Shown piece after piece: positions 62,534 to 64,000 of a stretch of 64,000 nucleotides of DNA; the first letter of the stretch is position 1; each line of letters begins with the position of its first letter. The position numbers were made by a program, and so were the translations under genes. The notes beneath the pieces were generated by a model that was given only the letters and a program-made list of their open reading frames with translations, had not been told where the DNA came from and searched no databases. The DNA is from Nitrospirales bacterium (GTDB taxonomy: Bacteria > Nitrospirota > Nitrospiria > Nitrospirales > UBA8639), in the NCBI GenBank assembly GCA_965223295.1, contig CBDCWC010000002.1, positions 384,001-448,000 on the forward strand. The letters are read 5' to 3'.

Positions 62534-63353
62534 TTGAAAATTAAAGTGATGCTTGCATTGCAGGAAAGGCTCATAGGCCTGAGTCTAAGTCTAAGTGTTC
62601 CCCTCATTCTTTGTGGAGCCCTGGATGCGGAGGCCCTCCTCAAAAATCTCACATCCAAACAAGTGCAGGAAGCCTTAAAAAGAGGAGCAGATTTTGCTGA
62701 ACAACGCCGACCTCCCAATGAGCTGTACTGGCATTTTGGATCGACTGAAAAATTTGCGCCCTACGGTTTTATGGTCACGAAAGTCAGCGGGCTTGCCGTG
62801 ATGTCCTGTCACTATGCCTTACGTGGGGAACGACCCACCGATCAAGATATTCAACGAATCTTAGAAGAAGACATGTTGCAGGTGGTGGTCATCATCTTTG
62901 GAGATTCCTTCAGCTTTGCGCGAGAGAGTTACCTGCTCTTTCAGCAGAATGGTCAGATGGTGGGAGTGTTGAATAATGAAGATAGCAAAGGCCATATTTC
63001 GTTAGGAAGCCGTTGACGATCAACAGCGTCAGGTCTGTTCAAAACAGTCCGACCAGCAAGGCCGCAGCCATTTTTTCGCGCGGAGCGTACTGGCACTACG
63101 TGAGCACGGAAAAAGGGCGAGAACGTCGCTGGCGGCTTTTTTCAACAGACCCATGGTCAAACCGACTTGCATTCGATTTAATGTGCGAGCGCAAGCCATG
63201 GGACAACACCATGGGGTAATGGTTTACCGCGCAAAAATTGTGGGTTTATTTTCGTATGATACATTTGATTCTGAGGCGCAGAGTACGCTTTTGGTTTTTC
63301 CAGGAACGGGCGGGGAGATACGTTTTGATCTAGACTTGTTAGCGATTCCCTAA
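62534..63353 (+). pseudogene. Exported hypothetical protein (~207 aa) interrupted by a MITE
   Basis: Removing 62962-63152 and one ATGGT copy joins ORF 62534 (...QQNGQ) in frame with ORF 63153 (MVKPTCIRF...). Confidence 0.85.
62962..63152 (-). mobile_element. MITE family 1, copy 3 (191 bp, minimal form) with 5-bp TSD ATGGT
   Basis: TIRs GGGAGTGTTGAATAA and reverse complement GGGTCTGTTGAAAAA. ATGGT at 62957-62961 and 63153-63157. Confidence 0.9.
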
Positions 63354-63397
63354 ATTTATTTAGTTCCAAACTTTATTTAAGATGGAGTGGTCCTGCG

Positions 63398-64000
63398 ATG
63401 AAATTGTTGCGTGCTGATATTTTGGCAATCGGATCAGAGTTGCTTCATGGAGGTCGTGTAGACAGTAATTCTCTCTTTATTGCCCAGATGTTGGCTCAAT
63501 GTGGCATTCGAATGCGGCATAAGATCGTCATGGGAGATGATGGGTTGGATATTCAAAAGGTGCTGAAAGCTTCGTCTCGGCAAGCCGATGTAGTGGTGTT
63601 GACGGGTGGTCTTGGTTCTACCGTCGATGACTGTACGCGTGAGGCTGTGGCTAAGGCATGTCATCGTCCTCTGACTGTGCATCGAAAAGCTTTAAAGATT
63701 TTGAACCGTCAACTTCAAAGGCGGAATCGAGAGGTGACACCCCTGTTAGCTCAACAAGCGCGTATTCCTTCTGGCGCAACGGTTTTGGATAACCCTATTG
63801 GAACTGCTCCTGGATTTTACGTTCATGAAGGAAGCTGTCTTGTGTTTGTCCTTCCCGGTGTTCCCCGAGAAGCCAGAGAAATGATGGGTTCCCAAGTTCT
63901 TCCTATTCTAAGGAAGAGGCTTCGAGCTACGGCCTTTCTTTGGACACATTCTTTTAACACCATAGGGTTGCCAGAAACTGATATTCAACAGCATGTCACG
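63398..64000 (+). CDS. cinA: CinA family competence/damage-inducible protein (3' truncated by window end)
   Basis: Own translation: MKLLRADILAIGSELLHGGRVDSNS...VMGDD...TGGLGSTVDDCTRE...NPIGTAPG...LPGVPRE. Confidence 0.92.
   Translation, partial: MKLLRADILAIGSELLHGGRVDSNSLFIAQMLAQCGIRMRHKIVMGDDGLDIQKVLKASSRQADVVVLTGGLGSTVDDCTREAVAKACHRPLTVHRKALKILNRQLQRRNREVTPLLAQQARIPSGATVLDNPIGTAPGFYVHEGSCLVFVLPGVPREAREMMGSQVLPILRKRLRATAFLWTHSFNTIGLPETDIQQHVT

Noticed and set aside
1-64000. CRISPR array, rRNA, defence or phage genes
   Set aside because: No regularly spaced direct repeats, rRNA-like sequence or recognisable cas/phage proteins seen.

Overview
Bacterial chromosomal window, probably from a Nitrospirota (Nitrospirales-like) organism; this is inferred from gene content and repeat style, not from a search. 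Positions ~1-44.8 kb form a stress/osmoadaptation-like block. It holds an ECF sigma factor with a small coupled ORF, two MscS-like channels, MgtE plus a soluble MgtE/CBS partner, a CNNM protein, two paralogous 317-aa proteins built from 22-residue repeats, an AsmA-like protein, lipoproteins, a GH63 glucosidase, a Na/Pi transporter, an MltF-like enzyme and TreS-Mak/GlgE. It also holds three separate ATP-grasp amide-ligase modules: RimK; circularly permuted ATP-grasp/alpha-E/transglutaminase followed by a frameshifted argG; and 7TM-transglutaminase/alpha-L-glutamate ligase. Positions ~45-64 kb are mostly core genes (metF, sirC-like, alr, frr, pyrH, tsf, rpsB, a ProA homolog lacking its catalytic Cys, tRNA-Met, chdC, cinA). 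Non-coding features read directly from the sequence: an identical ECF-type promoter motif (TGTGACG-N15-TTGTCTAA) on both sides of the sigma gene, three copies of a ~191-bp MITE family (one splits a gene with a 5-bp target duplication, two carry nested REP-like modules), and a second 170-bp inverted-repeat element. No CRISPR array, rRNA, integrase or transposase was seen.
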